From Utricularia gibba (lineage: Eukaryota > Plantae > Magnoliophyta): DNA of 29,563 nucleotides. Shown piece after piece: positions 16,255 through 27,140 of the stretch; the stretch's first letter is position 1; the number at the start of each line of letters is the position of its first letter. Both the position numbers and the translations under genes were made by a program. The stretch spans positions 1 to 29,563 of the forward strand of contig NEEC01000117.1 in the NCBI GenBank assembly GCA_002189035.1. Reading direction: 5' to 3'. Below the pieces are notes generated by a model that did no database searches, was not told the origin of the DNA, and saw only the letters and a program-made list of their open reading frames with translations.

Positions 16255-17856
16255 ATGTGGAAACTAGATCGCAATTTCCGGCAAGCTAGTGATTTATGCG
16301 CCGGGATGAAGTTTGTATTCGTTTTTATTGTATGTTGAATTTGTATATATTGGCTTCCTTCCTGGCGTTTGATGACTATCTTCTACGATTATCACTTGAG
16401 GGAATTTGCTGATTTTATTTATGTGATAGATTCTTGCAAGACGATGCGGTCGTCTGCCAGCTTGCGACGCGGGAAAAGGGCTGTGCTATAGAATATGTAA
16501 GTGACGCTGAATACTTTAAAAATGAGCATGCTTCATCGTGCAAAATGTGCAGAATTGGATTGCTGCGTAGTTTTTGTGCTTATGTTGTTAAGCAGATTGC
16601 AGTATCATTGCCAAAGAACCTCAGGCTCGGCAACATTTTACATCTTCTGCTATATTTAATCCTTCCGGATTGCCCAGAACTGAGCCTACAAATGTAAGAA
16701 TGCTTAGTTGAAGTTGCTACATATGATTATGACCACCCAACTCTCTATCTGACGGTGCTTGAATATTGCATAGACAACTTGAAGTTGCATTTTGTCTTTT
16801 TTGAGAATTCTTTTGATACAAAGGTGTGTTATGTGTGGGAGTGAATGAGGTATACATCCTTCATTCATTCTCCCAAGTCTGTTACACTGGATTTAAACAG
16901 TGATATGGTGGAATTTCTCCGTGGAGTATTTTTAGTATTTGAACTTGTTTTGTTTGTGTAAATTTTCTCTTCATTTGACTGGTGTAGTTTCTATGCAAAA
17001 CAAATCCGGTAAACGTGCAGTATCGATGCTTGTCATCTTCGACATTTAACCAAGGTAAGATAATACATTTTTTGTTTCTTCATCTTGTCATATATTCTTG
17101 GACAGTAGTTCTTTGCTTAGACTGATTTTCACTTTTTATTTATCTGTAGTGGATCAGGAATCACTGCAGAAGGATGCTGAAAAGAAAATTGGCTGGGTGT
17201 TGAAGACATTATTTTTGGGGACTGCATCATTCGTTGCCTACAATTTATTTCCATACATGGGTTGGTTTTTTTATACATAATCAACTGAAATCCAACATAT
17301 GGAATACAATTTCTTACGCCTTCTTTTTCACCTGTGTAGGTGAGAATGTGATACAGCAGTCTGTGTCACTCTTGAAAACCAAGGACCCTCTCTTCAAAAG
17401 AATGGGAGCTTCTAGAGTAGCTCGTATTGCAATCGACGGTAATGCATATTTTCCAAACTGGCTATTGCCTGTCATCTTGGCATGGATGCTCTGCATTTTA
17501 GTAATCTCCTGTCACACACTTTTCCAGATGAAAGGCGGATGAAGATAGTTGAATTAGGTGGGGTTCAGCACCTTCTCAATATGCTGGCCTTTGCAAAAGA
17601 TGATCGAACCCGACTGGAAGCACTGAAAGCTCTCGTAGCCATCTGCAAATCAGGTTTCCCTTGCTATGCTGATAGCATCCACGCCACTGCTACAGACTAC
17701 TAACTGATGTGTTATGGTGCAGATGCTGCTGCAGCCGCTGTGCAAGAAGCTGGAGGTGCAGAGGTGATCGATTCGACTCCGGATTCGGAGTCAGATTCCG
17801 AGATCGGAGTATGCAAGTCCACTTTGGCAAGCAGATTCCGGGAACTCAGACATTGA
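16255..17856 (+). CDS. Small ARM-repeat superfamily protein with one predicted TM segment. Exons (16255 or 16306)-16310, 16430-16496, 16988-17054, 17150-17260, 17340-17438, 17528-17653, 17723-17856; 219 or 202 aa
   Basis: In-phase GT-AG splicing gives ...DAEKKIGWVLKTLFLGTASFVAYNLFPYMGENVIQQSVSLLKTKDPLFKRMGASRVARIAIDDERRMKIVELGGVQHLLNMLAFAKDDRTRLEALKAL..., a conserved plant ARM-like family. The last four exons are solid. The first three exons and the start codon are inferred from phase only. Confidence 0.8.
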
Positions 17857-18550
17857 CAATAAGGTATGACACCAGACATGTTTTTAGGCATGCTATCAAG
17901 AGACATAACCTGATTTCAGTTGTTTTAGAGAAGCCGTTTTGCTGGGCAGTAAAAGAAGAGAAGTGAAGTAGAGTTGCTGGATAGCATGTCTGAAATGATT
18001 TTAATAAATTTTTTAATTTTAATAATTTCTCTTTTATAATGTTGTTTTATTATAAATCAAAAATAAAATTTAAATAAAGGTAAGAGATTGAGTGGTTTTC
18101 TTTAAATGTGTATATTGTATTTTTTTTAGTTTTTTTTCAATGATAAATGTGTTTTTTTTGTTGTAAAATTAAAATTAATTTATTATAGTATATCAATGAT
18201 ATTTTTACTATTTTATATATTTAAATAAAAATGAATTTTAATCAATTAAGTCTCGATCTAATAAAGGATGCATGTATTTTAAATGAATTTTACATTGATT
18301 AAGAATGTAATAATAAAATAGTTTGTATAAAAATATCTTCTTTAATTTTATATGATTTTTTTTTTCACAAGAGAAGAATGTAACTATATGAAAATTGAGT
18401 GTTTAAAGCAAATAATATTGTACAATACAAGATGAAGATTAAATTTAAATGAAATTATAAAATACATATCTAATAATATAAACATAAATCATAAAGTAAT
18501 ACATGCTAATGACTAATTATGGATCGAGAAGTGTATATGTAAACTCAAGA

Positions 18551-18594
18551 AGCCCATTGGGTCCGGAAATGGATGTTTGGGCCTACGATGGGCC
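18551..18594 (+). promoter_or_regulatory. Site II element cluster in the ADF promoter
   Basis: AGCCCA 18551-18556, TGGGCC 18578-18583, TGGGCC 18589-18594, about 190-230 bp upstream of the ATG. Confidence 0.5.
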
Positions 18595-18779
18595 TTTGGG
18601 CAGATAGAGAATTGATTGTCGTTTTCTGCTACTAGGCTTTGCTTCATCGAAAGAACTTGATGCTGCTTCGCTGCTTTCATCGGTTTATCTTCTCAGTTTC
18701 TTCTTCTAATTGTCATCTCATCACCGCCATTATTTATCTCATCTGAACTTCCGTTTTCTGCTTGCTGCCTTCGATCGTA

Positions 18780-19790
18780 ATGTCTTTTCGCTGGGGAGTG
18801 GTCGGTTATCGATCCCTTTTTTGTTGATTTTGATATTCTGCAGTTTGTTATTTTGTTTGTTCGTTTGTGCTGTGTTTCCGATCCGTTTGTTTTTATGAAG
18901 GGTTTGATGGCGAGCGCCTGAATATGGGTTCGTAACATCCGTTTGCATATTCGAGTTTATGGTTTTCGCTGCTTATGTGTTCCTTGAATGATCGATTGAT
19001 TAATCTGTTTATTGTTTTGAAGAACTCGTTTATGTGTTTATGCCGCCAATTTTTTGATATGCTATCCATTTCGCTAGTTCACCATGTCCCATGAAGGGCG
19101 ATTGGAGGAAGGGTTTTTGCTGTGTTTGACTGTAGTTGGACTTTGACTCTTGAATTTGGGAATACTGTTAATGGGGAATTAAGGATGCGACGGAAGACAA
19201 TGTTGTGTGTTGTTTTAGATTTTGATTTTGCATTACGAGCTTGGTCAGTGGGGTGAGATTCTGTTGCTTCACCTCTGGTTTGAACTATCTGTTCCAGAGA
19301 AATGCAATATCAGGGATGGGTGTGGCAGATGACACCAAAACAACTTACATGGAATTGCAGAGGAAAAAAGTGTACCGCTATGTGATATTCAAGATTGATG
19401 AGAAGAAAAAGGAGGTTGTGGTTGAAAAAACTGGCAACCCTGCTGAGAACTACGAAGATTTCACTGCATCTCTGCCAGAGAGTGACTGTCGTTATGCGGT
19501 TTATGATTTCGATTTCGTAACTTCTGATAAATGCCAAAAGAGCAAGATCTTCTTCATTGCATGGTCTGTAGCACAATACACAGTAGTCTAAACACATGTT
19601 TTTACAGGGGCACTGATCAATCAAAGTATTCTTTCTCAGGTCACCCTCAGTCTCCCGCATCCGTTCAAAGATGCTTTATGCGACTTCCAAGGAAAGGTTC
19701 AGGAGGGAATTGGAGGGCGTTCACTACGAGATTCAGGCGACCGATCCAACCGAGATGGACATGGACGTGATCAAGGAGCGTGCCAACTGA
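18780..19790 (+). CDS. ADF6: Actin-depolymerizing factor, ADF6 subclass. Exons 18780-18800, 19298-19563, 19640-19790; 145 aa
   Basis: MSFRWGV|[46 protein letters not shown]...[26 protein letters not shown]|[17 protein letters not shown]...[22 protein letters not shown]. The MSFR N-terminal extension on a mini-exon is typical of ADF6. The exact exon-1 donor (18797 or 18800) is less certain. Confidence 0.93.
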
Positions 19791-21580
19791 TCCCATCACC
19801 ATCATCACCTATAAAGAAGTATACTTGTCCATGGTGTCTTTCCCTCATAGTTTTATTAACTTTTAACCTTGAATAAGCTGGCTTAGGGGAAATGCTGATT
19901 GGGAGCTCTCTCACCTGCAACATGCTTCTCCCCCAAGTGATGCGTTTTCCGGTTATGTTATCATGTAATGAAGCTGTATTCGAAACTGTGGTGCTGCTAT
20001 GGTCTTTTGCTTCCTTTTGTACCTTCCCAATTGCTGCAACTGGCATAAGCCACAGGGTTGTTCGTTGCAGACTCAGATTCCAATGACAGGGAAAATGATG
20101 CAGGGTGCTGGTCTATCTGTATATTTGTGACCATGAAACATTGCTTCTTTGTTATCTTCCTCATTCTGCTGACAAGGAAGTTCCGGCCCAACTCCCCGGT
20201 AGCCTATTCGCAGAATCTGTTTTCCGATGACTCTTCCCGGTCCAAGGATCTTTCCGGTCATTCTTGATAGCAACGCAGGGGTTTGATTCTACACCAAAAA
20301 ACAAATACCAAATGTCTGGTCCAAACCAGACAAACAAAAAAGAATGAAAAGCTCTCCTCCACTTAGATGGCAATACTGTGTTTCGGTCTGGTGTTTTTTT
20401 TATTTATTTATGTAGGTGGCTCTTATGAAAAAAACCATTTTAATAAAATAAAAATATAATAGAACGAGAATTGATGTATTATTTAAGTACACAAAAAATG
20501 ATAATTAATTATTATAATAAATGATATATTTATTAAGAATTATTTTTTTCAAATCGATAAATTTCAAAAATATATTTTATAAATCATTTATATTACGAAT
20601 ATACTCTATAAATGTATAAGGTATTTTTAATATTTCTATAAAACAGATTTGTACCAAGATTATATAATTTAAAATAATTTATTTGAAGATGGGTAATAGT
20701 TATAATTTTTATAAAAAACATGAATTTAATTGTTAATTTATATCTGATAATTGATTCTAAAAAATCAATCATAAGCAAATTTATAATTCATTCTCAAAAA
20801 TAATTCTTGAATTCGATAGATGTTTAAAACTTAAAATTTATTATTGAAATAAGATTTAATTGTATTATTGATTTTCCACATGTAGAGGATGCCTCTCCTA
20901 CTATTCTAACATATGATAAATAGACGAGAATTTTTCAATATTTTGATATCTAGTGTTGACACCTCAGTTTTGATTTGTTCGTCTTTTAAAAGAGGGAGGT
21001 GCTCTTGTAAATGAGAGGGATTGAACTAAGGATGAGAACTTAGTGTTTGAATGATGAAAATAGGATGCAATAATCTCACACTACCACACAAACACAATGA
21101 ATTTGCACAAGAAGCTGCATGGTTGCTTTGGGAGGACAAGATGAAAAAACTTTTCAGTTACAAAATACTCTCTTTCTTTTTTTATCATCAATACATGAAA
21201 AAAAAAAAGAAAAAAATACAACATATATAAACTATACTCTCATGAAAATTGTGAAACATAAATCATAATAGATAACATATCGATATAACCATACATGAAA
21301 TTCAAGTAAACGAAAAATATACTCACATTAATAAAGATTATGTACATGATTTGTAATTTATTATGTACTTAACTTGTCGCGGTGAAATGACCAATGGCAA
21401 GTGTGAAGTAGGAAGAACATGTTTATTTGAATAGAATACACTAGAAACAACATCAATCACGGGTAGCATTCTGCAAACCCCAATTCCTAACACCATACAA
21501 CGTTAACGTAAGAACAGGCCCCGACGTTTCGAGCACACTTATTAAGGATGTCTAGAAGTAGAGCAACAAGGAGATGAGCC

Positions 21581-21946
21581 TCAACCATGGCGCATCTGGT
21601 ATTGATTCGTATAAGGGGAGAGAAGATCCTCGAGCAGGTTTTCCTGGTACTCGATCTCGAAAACTTCTCGCCGTGGCGCTGAGGTGGAGCCTGTTGATGA
21701 TATCTGGGGCGCCGGCGGCTGCCTCGGCATGTTGTACTCTTCCGGGAAGTTGAGGATGGCGTAGCGGCCTCTCGTCTCGTACGCCTTCCTGTCGACCGCT
21801 CTGGCCGCCTCCTCCGGAGTGTCGTACGACCCCAGCCAGTCCTTCTTCCCCCGCGGCGCCGACTCGCTCAAGTCGCGTAACTCTGCGATCCACTTCCCCT
21901 TGCGCCGCCGCACCCCGTAGAACCTGGTATTCCCGGTATCCGCCAT
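21581..21946 (-). CDS. ERF: Small intronless AP2/ERF transcription factor with C-terminal EDLL-type motif (ERF group IX, ERF95-98-like), 121 aa, with a divergent AP2 domain
   Basis: GVRRR..GKW.AELRD...WLGSYDTPEEAARAVDRKAY..RG..AILNFP (AP2 fold), followed by REVFEIEYQENLLEDLL resembling the EDLL activation motif. GC-rich single ORF with a TATA box upstream. Confidence 0.88.
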   Translation of the reverse strand: MADTGNTRFYGVRRRKGKWIAELRDLSESAPRGKKDWLGSYDTPEEAARAVDRKAYETRGRYAILNFPEEYNMPRQPPAPQISSTGSTSAPRREVFEIEYQENLLEDLLSPYTNQYQMRHG

Positions 21947-21958
21947 GAATGCGCGAGT

Positions 21959-22044
21959 TTAGGGTTTTGTTGGGTGTGTGTCTGTGTGCGATCATGGGGG
22001 TGTGTTATATAAGGTGGGTGGGAGGAAGGAGAAGAGGACACGTG
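21959..22044 (-). promoter_or_regulatory. ERF core promoter: telo-box-like AAACCCTAA (21959-21967), TATA box (22005-22012), G-box CACGTG (22039-22044)
   Basis: Motifs read directly, at canonical spacing about 60-100 bp upstream of the ATG at 21946. Confidence 0.55.
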
Positions 22045-22914
22045 GAAGGATGACTGGTCAACCTGGTTTCTTTGAAGCCCTTGCTGCTTTTTTGAACAGC
22101 TGGGACGATGATTCCTGCCTCCATTTGTGTGTTGAATAAATACTCTGTGGACGGCCACGACGGAGCTACCTTGCCACCTCACTCACTTCACACACTGGTA
22201 ACTGCTCTCTAACTGGTATCAATTCATTTTATTTGAAATTAAAGATTGTTAAAAAAAATATAAATCACATTCCAAAAAAATAGATCTAATCAATAACGAA
22301 ATATAGAGTAATCAAAAGGGAAGACTTTATTTTTTGGTTTATATATATAATTTCTTAGGAGCCTAGATTACAAATTGAATTTTTTTGATTCAGTGAAGAT
22401 TTGTTTTTTTTTTTGTGTGTAACTATAGGTATTACTTAAATTATAAATTGATTTAAGTTTTGTCGCATAAATTTGATATATCTTACTGTTTTTCTTGTTT
22501 TTTTAATCAAAACTCAGATTAATATGAAGCTTATCTTGGGTGCACTAGTCTTGTTACAAAACAAATGTTGTGATACCTTTTTAAAGTTAATGATTCAATA
22601 AATTAGATATATGTATAAATTATAAATATACAATAAATATGAACTATATTCGAATAGAATAATATCTAATGAATTACTAATGATTATTTCAAACTAATAT
22701 ATCATTTTAATTTTATAATACATGCTTAGTATTAGAATACACAATATCACATCAAAAAATAAAAATGATATAATCAAGTATATAAAAAATTATAAATTAT
22801 AAATAAATAATTAAATTTAATTTTTTCTATTGTAATTAACGTTTATTATGTACTTGGATTTCACGTGTTTACTCAACTCACCCCATGTGATTCTCAATTT
22901 CAACACTTAATACT

Positions 22915-23530
22915 ACCCATGAGGAAGACAACAGATCCCTCAGAAATATCCATTCCCATGTACCAATAACAACAGCAACTGATAGTCAGCTAACCAGAGA
23001 GACTGTGCCACAGTGACTCCTCCAGTCCAGTCCTCCGTGTTACTGCTGCATATTCTGTTTTTGTGAAAGCATAATCTTGAATTTTCAACCATTTCGAGCC
23101 ACCCAAATGCAGGATAAAGGAGAAAATAACTCGGACAGAAGTATGATCCAAGGAATATTGAGACCAGAAAGTTTTCTTCCCGGGCTCACGTGCAGGGACT
23201 TGTTGGTCAAAAGTTAGTCATTCCTCTTCAAACCCATATCCTCTCCTTTCTCTTAGGACTGTAATCTTTCAAGAATTCGGAGATCCGATTTCCAGATTCG
23301 ATCCTGGATGGGAGAAGATTCGCCTATTGTTTCGAGAAAAAAACATGGGAAACAGTCGAAGGAAAACCCTCGCTGCATCTGGTGCAAACTACGCAGGCCA
23401 AGGAGCTCGGAGCAACTGTTATTAGCTTCGTCTGTGTATTTCAGTTTCTGGGATCCCGAGGAAGAAGACGTTGTGCCCAAACCCCACGCCGACTTCAAAA
23501 CACGGAAAAATAATCACATGCTGAATTTTG
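22915..23530 (-). other. Unidentified gene-like segment (5'-UTR-like sequence plus decayed ORF), copy 1
   Basis: Island of higher GC within very AT-rich DNA, with short broken ORFs (e.g. MVENSRLCFHKNRI...). No recognisable protein. Confidence 0.3.
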
Positions 23531-23996
23531 ATTGAATATATGTGTTTGGTAACAATAATATTTTAATATCTATGTTTATCTTTTTTTTCATATACAAATA
23601 TCGAAATTTTCTAAAATAAACTTGTTAAATATTTAATAGTGCATTCCTCCTGTTACTAGCTTTTCAACCAAGCGTGATGACTAATTGTGCGAATCAACGT
23701 TACTTTCATACACGTAGAAATAAAGCTAACCTGTCTAATCTAAAGATGAGATTTGTTTTAATTGGTTTTCTTTTATATCGATTTGTTTGAATATATAAAA
23801 AAAGAGTAAGATTATATATATATATATTGATAAAAAAAATACATACATATTCTCATGTGGATTTAAAACCATATACACAATTATTCTCATTTTGATTTGA
23901 AAGACCAAAAACTTGACATGTGATTATATGTACAAAAGTGTAATTTTATGATAAAAAAAATGAAAGGTATAATAGTTTCAAAGTATATTATAAAAA

Positions 23997-24356
23997 GAGA
24001 AAAATCAATTTTCTTAATCATAATGTTTGTTTCATTTTTATTTTACAATTGAATATTTTGACTTGTATAAAATACAGTCAAAACTTTTATCAATAAACTC
24101 ATTTTATGACATTACATTCAAAAACTCGTTGTAACTAACTAAACATTGTATCATTCACTTTCATTTCTTTTTTGATTAAATAATTATATATTTTTTTCAA
24201 ATAAATCATAAAAAATTTTAAATTATATTTTCTGAATTATATTACAAGTGTGAAAATTTATTGATAAACTTTTTAACTGAATTTTACATAAGTTAAAATA
24301 TTCAACTGTAAAATGAAAATGAACCAAATATTATGATTTAAAAAACGATTTATCTC
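23997..24356. mobile_element. Non-autonomous Mutator-like element (MULE-MITE), 360 bp
   Basis: Perfect 9-bp TSD ttataaaaa (23988-23996 and 24357-24365). About 100-bp imperfect TIRs starting GAGA(A/T)AAATC (23997-24097 and 24257-24356). The paralogous copy has a single ttataaaaa at 29509-29517 (empty site). Confidence 0.9.
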
Positions 24357-24780
24357 TTATAAAAATACATATGTTTTGATAATTATGTATGTTTGGTAAA
24401 AGTATTATTATACATTTAATTTGTAAAAAAAAATTATATAAATTATATAATTATGTTTTTTAAAATTTTATTGCTATCTGAGTTTTCCTAATTATCCAAG
24501 AGTTGATTTTTTTTGATTTTATTTATATAAATATACGTCATGTGATTAAAATTAAAATAATATTTTATATATTTTCAATAATTCAATTATTCAGATAAAA
24601 TATTTATATGAGTTAAATTCATATCCGGATCTGGCTTGTTTCCATATTAAGTAAGCATGATATGGAAATTCTGATACCGTATCTCCTATATTTAGATTTT
24701 TAATAAATAATCTAAAATCCTGCAAAATTTCTCCTTGATGGAAAGAACACGATGGATACAACGAAGGTAAAACCATGGAG

Positions 24781-25464
24781 TCAGGCGTCGGTGGGGAGCT
24801 CCAGCCGGCAACAGGGGCAGCTATGGCCGACGCTGAGCCACTTTGTGATGCATTCTTTGTGGAAGAAATGTCGGCACGGCATCTCGAAGCCCTCAGCGTC
24901 ATCAGCATACTCCTCCAGGCAGATGGGGCAGGAATCCATGATCGAAGACGCCGCCGTCGTGCTCTTCAGCGCCGCCGCAATGGCCGACTCCTCCGCCCTC
25001 ACCGTCACCACGGCATCGTCGTCCATGGACTGCAGCACGGTCTCCGTCTCGGAATCCACGTTGAGATCAACGCCGATGCGGTAGTTGAGCCAGAAGCGGT
25101 TACAGTTGGGGTGCAAGTTCCGTATTGCGCCGGAGCATGAGTAGCAGATATGACAAATTAGGAATTCCTGGACGTACAGGGGTACATGGGCATCCCACGC
25201 CTCCCATTCTTCTATGCGGCGCCTGATGGCGGGTCCGATGGCCGCGGTTGTTGGGTCGCTGCGCTTCACGATGATGGATAACTCCAGCGGCGCCAGACGG
25301 ACGGAACTGAGGATGGTGCCCATGCTCCGCACGGAGGATCGGATGATGATGCCGAGGCTGACCTCCACGTCATCAGAGCTCTCTCCGGTACGGCGGAAGG
25401 CGAAGCTTTCTTGCGCGGAGAAGGAGACCGAGTCTTCGCCGTTGGAGAAGAGGATCTCGTTCAT
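24781..25464 (-). CDS. Intronless RING-H2 (C3H2C3) zinc-finger protein, putative E3 ubiquitin ligase, 227 aa
   Basis: C-terminal CPIC-x12-MPCRHFFHKEC..KWL....SCPCCR.ELP RING-H2 signature. Uninterrupted GC-rich ORF. TATAAAA at 25523-25517 upstream. Confidence 0.9.
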   Translation of the reverse strand: MNEILFSNGEDSVSFSAQESFAFRRTGESSDDVEVSLGIIIRSSVRSMGTILSSVRLAPLELSIIVKRSDPTTAAIGPAIRRRIEEWEAWDAHVPLYVQEFLICHICYSCSGAIRNLHPNCNRFWLNYRIGVDLNVDSETETVLQSMDDDAVVTVRAEESAIAAALKSTTAASSIMDSCPICLEEYADDAEGFEMPCRHFFHKECITKWLSVGHSCPCCRLELPTDA

Positions 25465-26169
25465 GCTTCTTATCTTCTTCTGTTCACAGTATGCATAATG
25501 CGGGAGACTTGAGCGCTTTTATAACAACAAGAAGAAGAAGATATGGAAACAAATCAAGTATTATGGAAACAATTAGTTATAAGATTGTGATTACACCTTT
25601 TTAATCTAAGTAAATCTAGTTTTGTTGAGATTAATAAATAAAAAAATATTTTTAGATAAAAAAGTATATCCTTGCATTATAATAATGGAAATTAAAACTG
25701 TTTATATCAAAAAATAGTGAGAATTGAATGTACAATTTTCATTTAATATAGGAGGTGTTTTGTTTGTTGAGGTAATTTTGTTTAATTTTATAAATTTTTA
25801 ATTTTTAGATGTTTTATAGTAATATTAGAAATTCATATTCCGTAATTAATTTCAACGATTATTAATTTTTTTGAATTTTTGTTTCAAAAATTAAATAAAA
25901 CATTAATTAAAAAATTATATTATTAACTTGTTATTTATTCTAAAAATATATGTATATTATAACATTAAATTTTATAATATTATTTTTTATTAAAATTTAT
26001 TATATAATTTTATATTATATTATAAAACAATTTTACAATTTTAAATTGATTACGTTTACATAATTTTTATTATGATAAATAGTTCGAAATTCTAAAATAA
26101 TGCGGCTGGAGCGAAAGGGAAGCCGAGCCGAGTCAAACCGCTCAGCTTGACTAACTTGCCTGTTTAATC

Positions 26170-26192
26170 CACGTGGCTTCAATTTATCCAAT
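26170..26192 (+). promoter_or_regulatory. G-box (CACGTG 26170-26175) and CCAAT box (26188-26192) upstream of the PRP/PH-like gene
   Basis: Motifs read directly about 90-105 bp upstream of the ATG at 26277. Confidence 0.45.
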
Positions 26193-26276
26193 CATAAAAT
26201 TCTCTCTCACGCAGATCACACGCACCAAAAAATTAAAATCTCAAGAACAAGAAAGTTGATTTGGAATGATCTGGAA

Positions 26277-26550
26277 ATGGCGGAGGAGAGGAATACGAAG
26301 GCATCGGCGGGGCTTGAGCCGAGCAGGTTGCAGCGGAGAGCTCCAGCGTCGATTCAGATCGCTCCGGCGAAGGAATGGAATGTTGCGATCCCCCTTTTGA
26401 CGCCGTTGATCCATCGCCGACATCAGAGATTCCGACTATGGGGACATGGTCAACGGAAGAAACGAAGCCACGGTTGCCGAGACGGATAAGTCGCCGCCTC
26501 CTTCGTCATCTCTGGCCATAAGGTTTAAATACTTACATAAGGTTTAAATA
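26277..26550 (+). pseudogene. 3'-truncated PRP/PH-family small proline/serine-rich protein (At3g23170/At4g14450-like, MAPK-docking). As read, the ORF is 26277-26489 (70 aa)
   Basis: PSRLQRRAPASIQI and EWNVAIPLLTPL match the family motifs from memory (docking motif RR-x4-I-x-I, then W(N)VAIPLL(S/T)PL). The conserved C-terminal FKKWQHP motif is absent. Another frame reaches ...SLAIRFK just where repeat copy 2 begins. Confidence 0.72.
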
Positions 26551-27140
26551 TATGTAAAAATATGAATCACATTCTAAAAAATTAGTTTAATCAATAACAA
26601 ATATAGAATAATAGAAAGGTAAGCCGTTATTTTTTTTGGTTATATATATATAATTTCTTAGTAAGATAGATTATATCATTAGATGGAATTAATTACTAAT
26701 AATTTATAATATATATATATTTTTTATTTATTTATATTATTTTAATTTCTTGTTTGATATAATATTCAAACTTGAGTCAAATTGGATTTTTTTGATTCAG
26801 TGAATATTTTTTTTTTTTATGAGTGTAACTAGTTATGACTTAAATTATAAATTGATTTAAGTTTTGTTGCATAAATTTGATATATCTCATTGTTTTTCTT
26901 GTTTTTTTAATCAAAACTCAAATTAATATGAAGCTTATCTTGGATGCACTAGTCCAATACAAAACAAATGTTCTGATACCTTGTTGAAGTTAATGATACG
27001 ATAAATTAGATATATGTAAAAATCACAAACAAACAATAAATGTGAAATATATTGGAAAAGAATAAAATCCAACCAATTACTGATGATTCATCCAAACTAA
27101 CATATCGTTTTAATTTTGTAATACATGCTACCAATTACTA

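Larger units (their letters stand above)
22254..24410 (+). repeat. Copy 1 of a ~2.2-kb direct (probably tandem segmental) duplication
   Basis: Collinear with 26556-29563 over long stretches, e.g. ttataaattgatttaagttttgt, aatatgaagcttatcttgg, gaggaagacaacagatccctcagaaa, gatccgatttccagattcgatcctggatgggagaagattcgcctattg, aaagaccaaaaacttgacatgtgattatatgtacaaaagtg. Roughly 85-90% identical by eye, not computed. Confidence 0.92.

Noticed and set aside
20133-20267. 44-aa ORF with a hydrophobic N-terminus and FRP...GH, resembling a CEP-type secreted peptide
   Set aside because: Spacing and residues do not fit the CEP motif (FRPTxPGxSPGxGH), the signal peptide is weak, and it lies in the ADF 3' flank.
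22727-22915. ~185-bp segment unique to copy 1 with 8-bp inverted ends (tagtatta...taatacta) as a MITE
   Set aside because: The TIR is too short and AT-rich, there is no clear TSD, and the site in copy 2 is obscured by the LINE.
26671-26778. ~107-bp segment unique to copy 2 with ttatatca/tgatataa inverted 8-mers
   Set aside because: No TSD, and a deletion in copy 1 explains it equally well.
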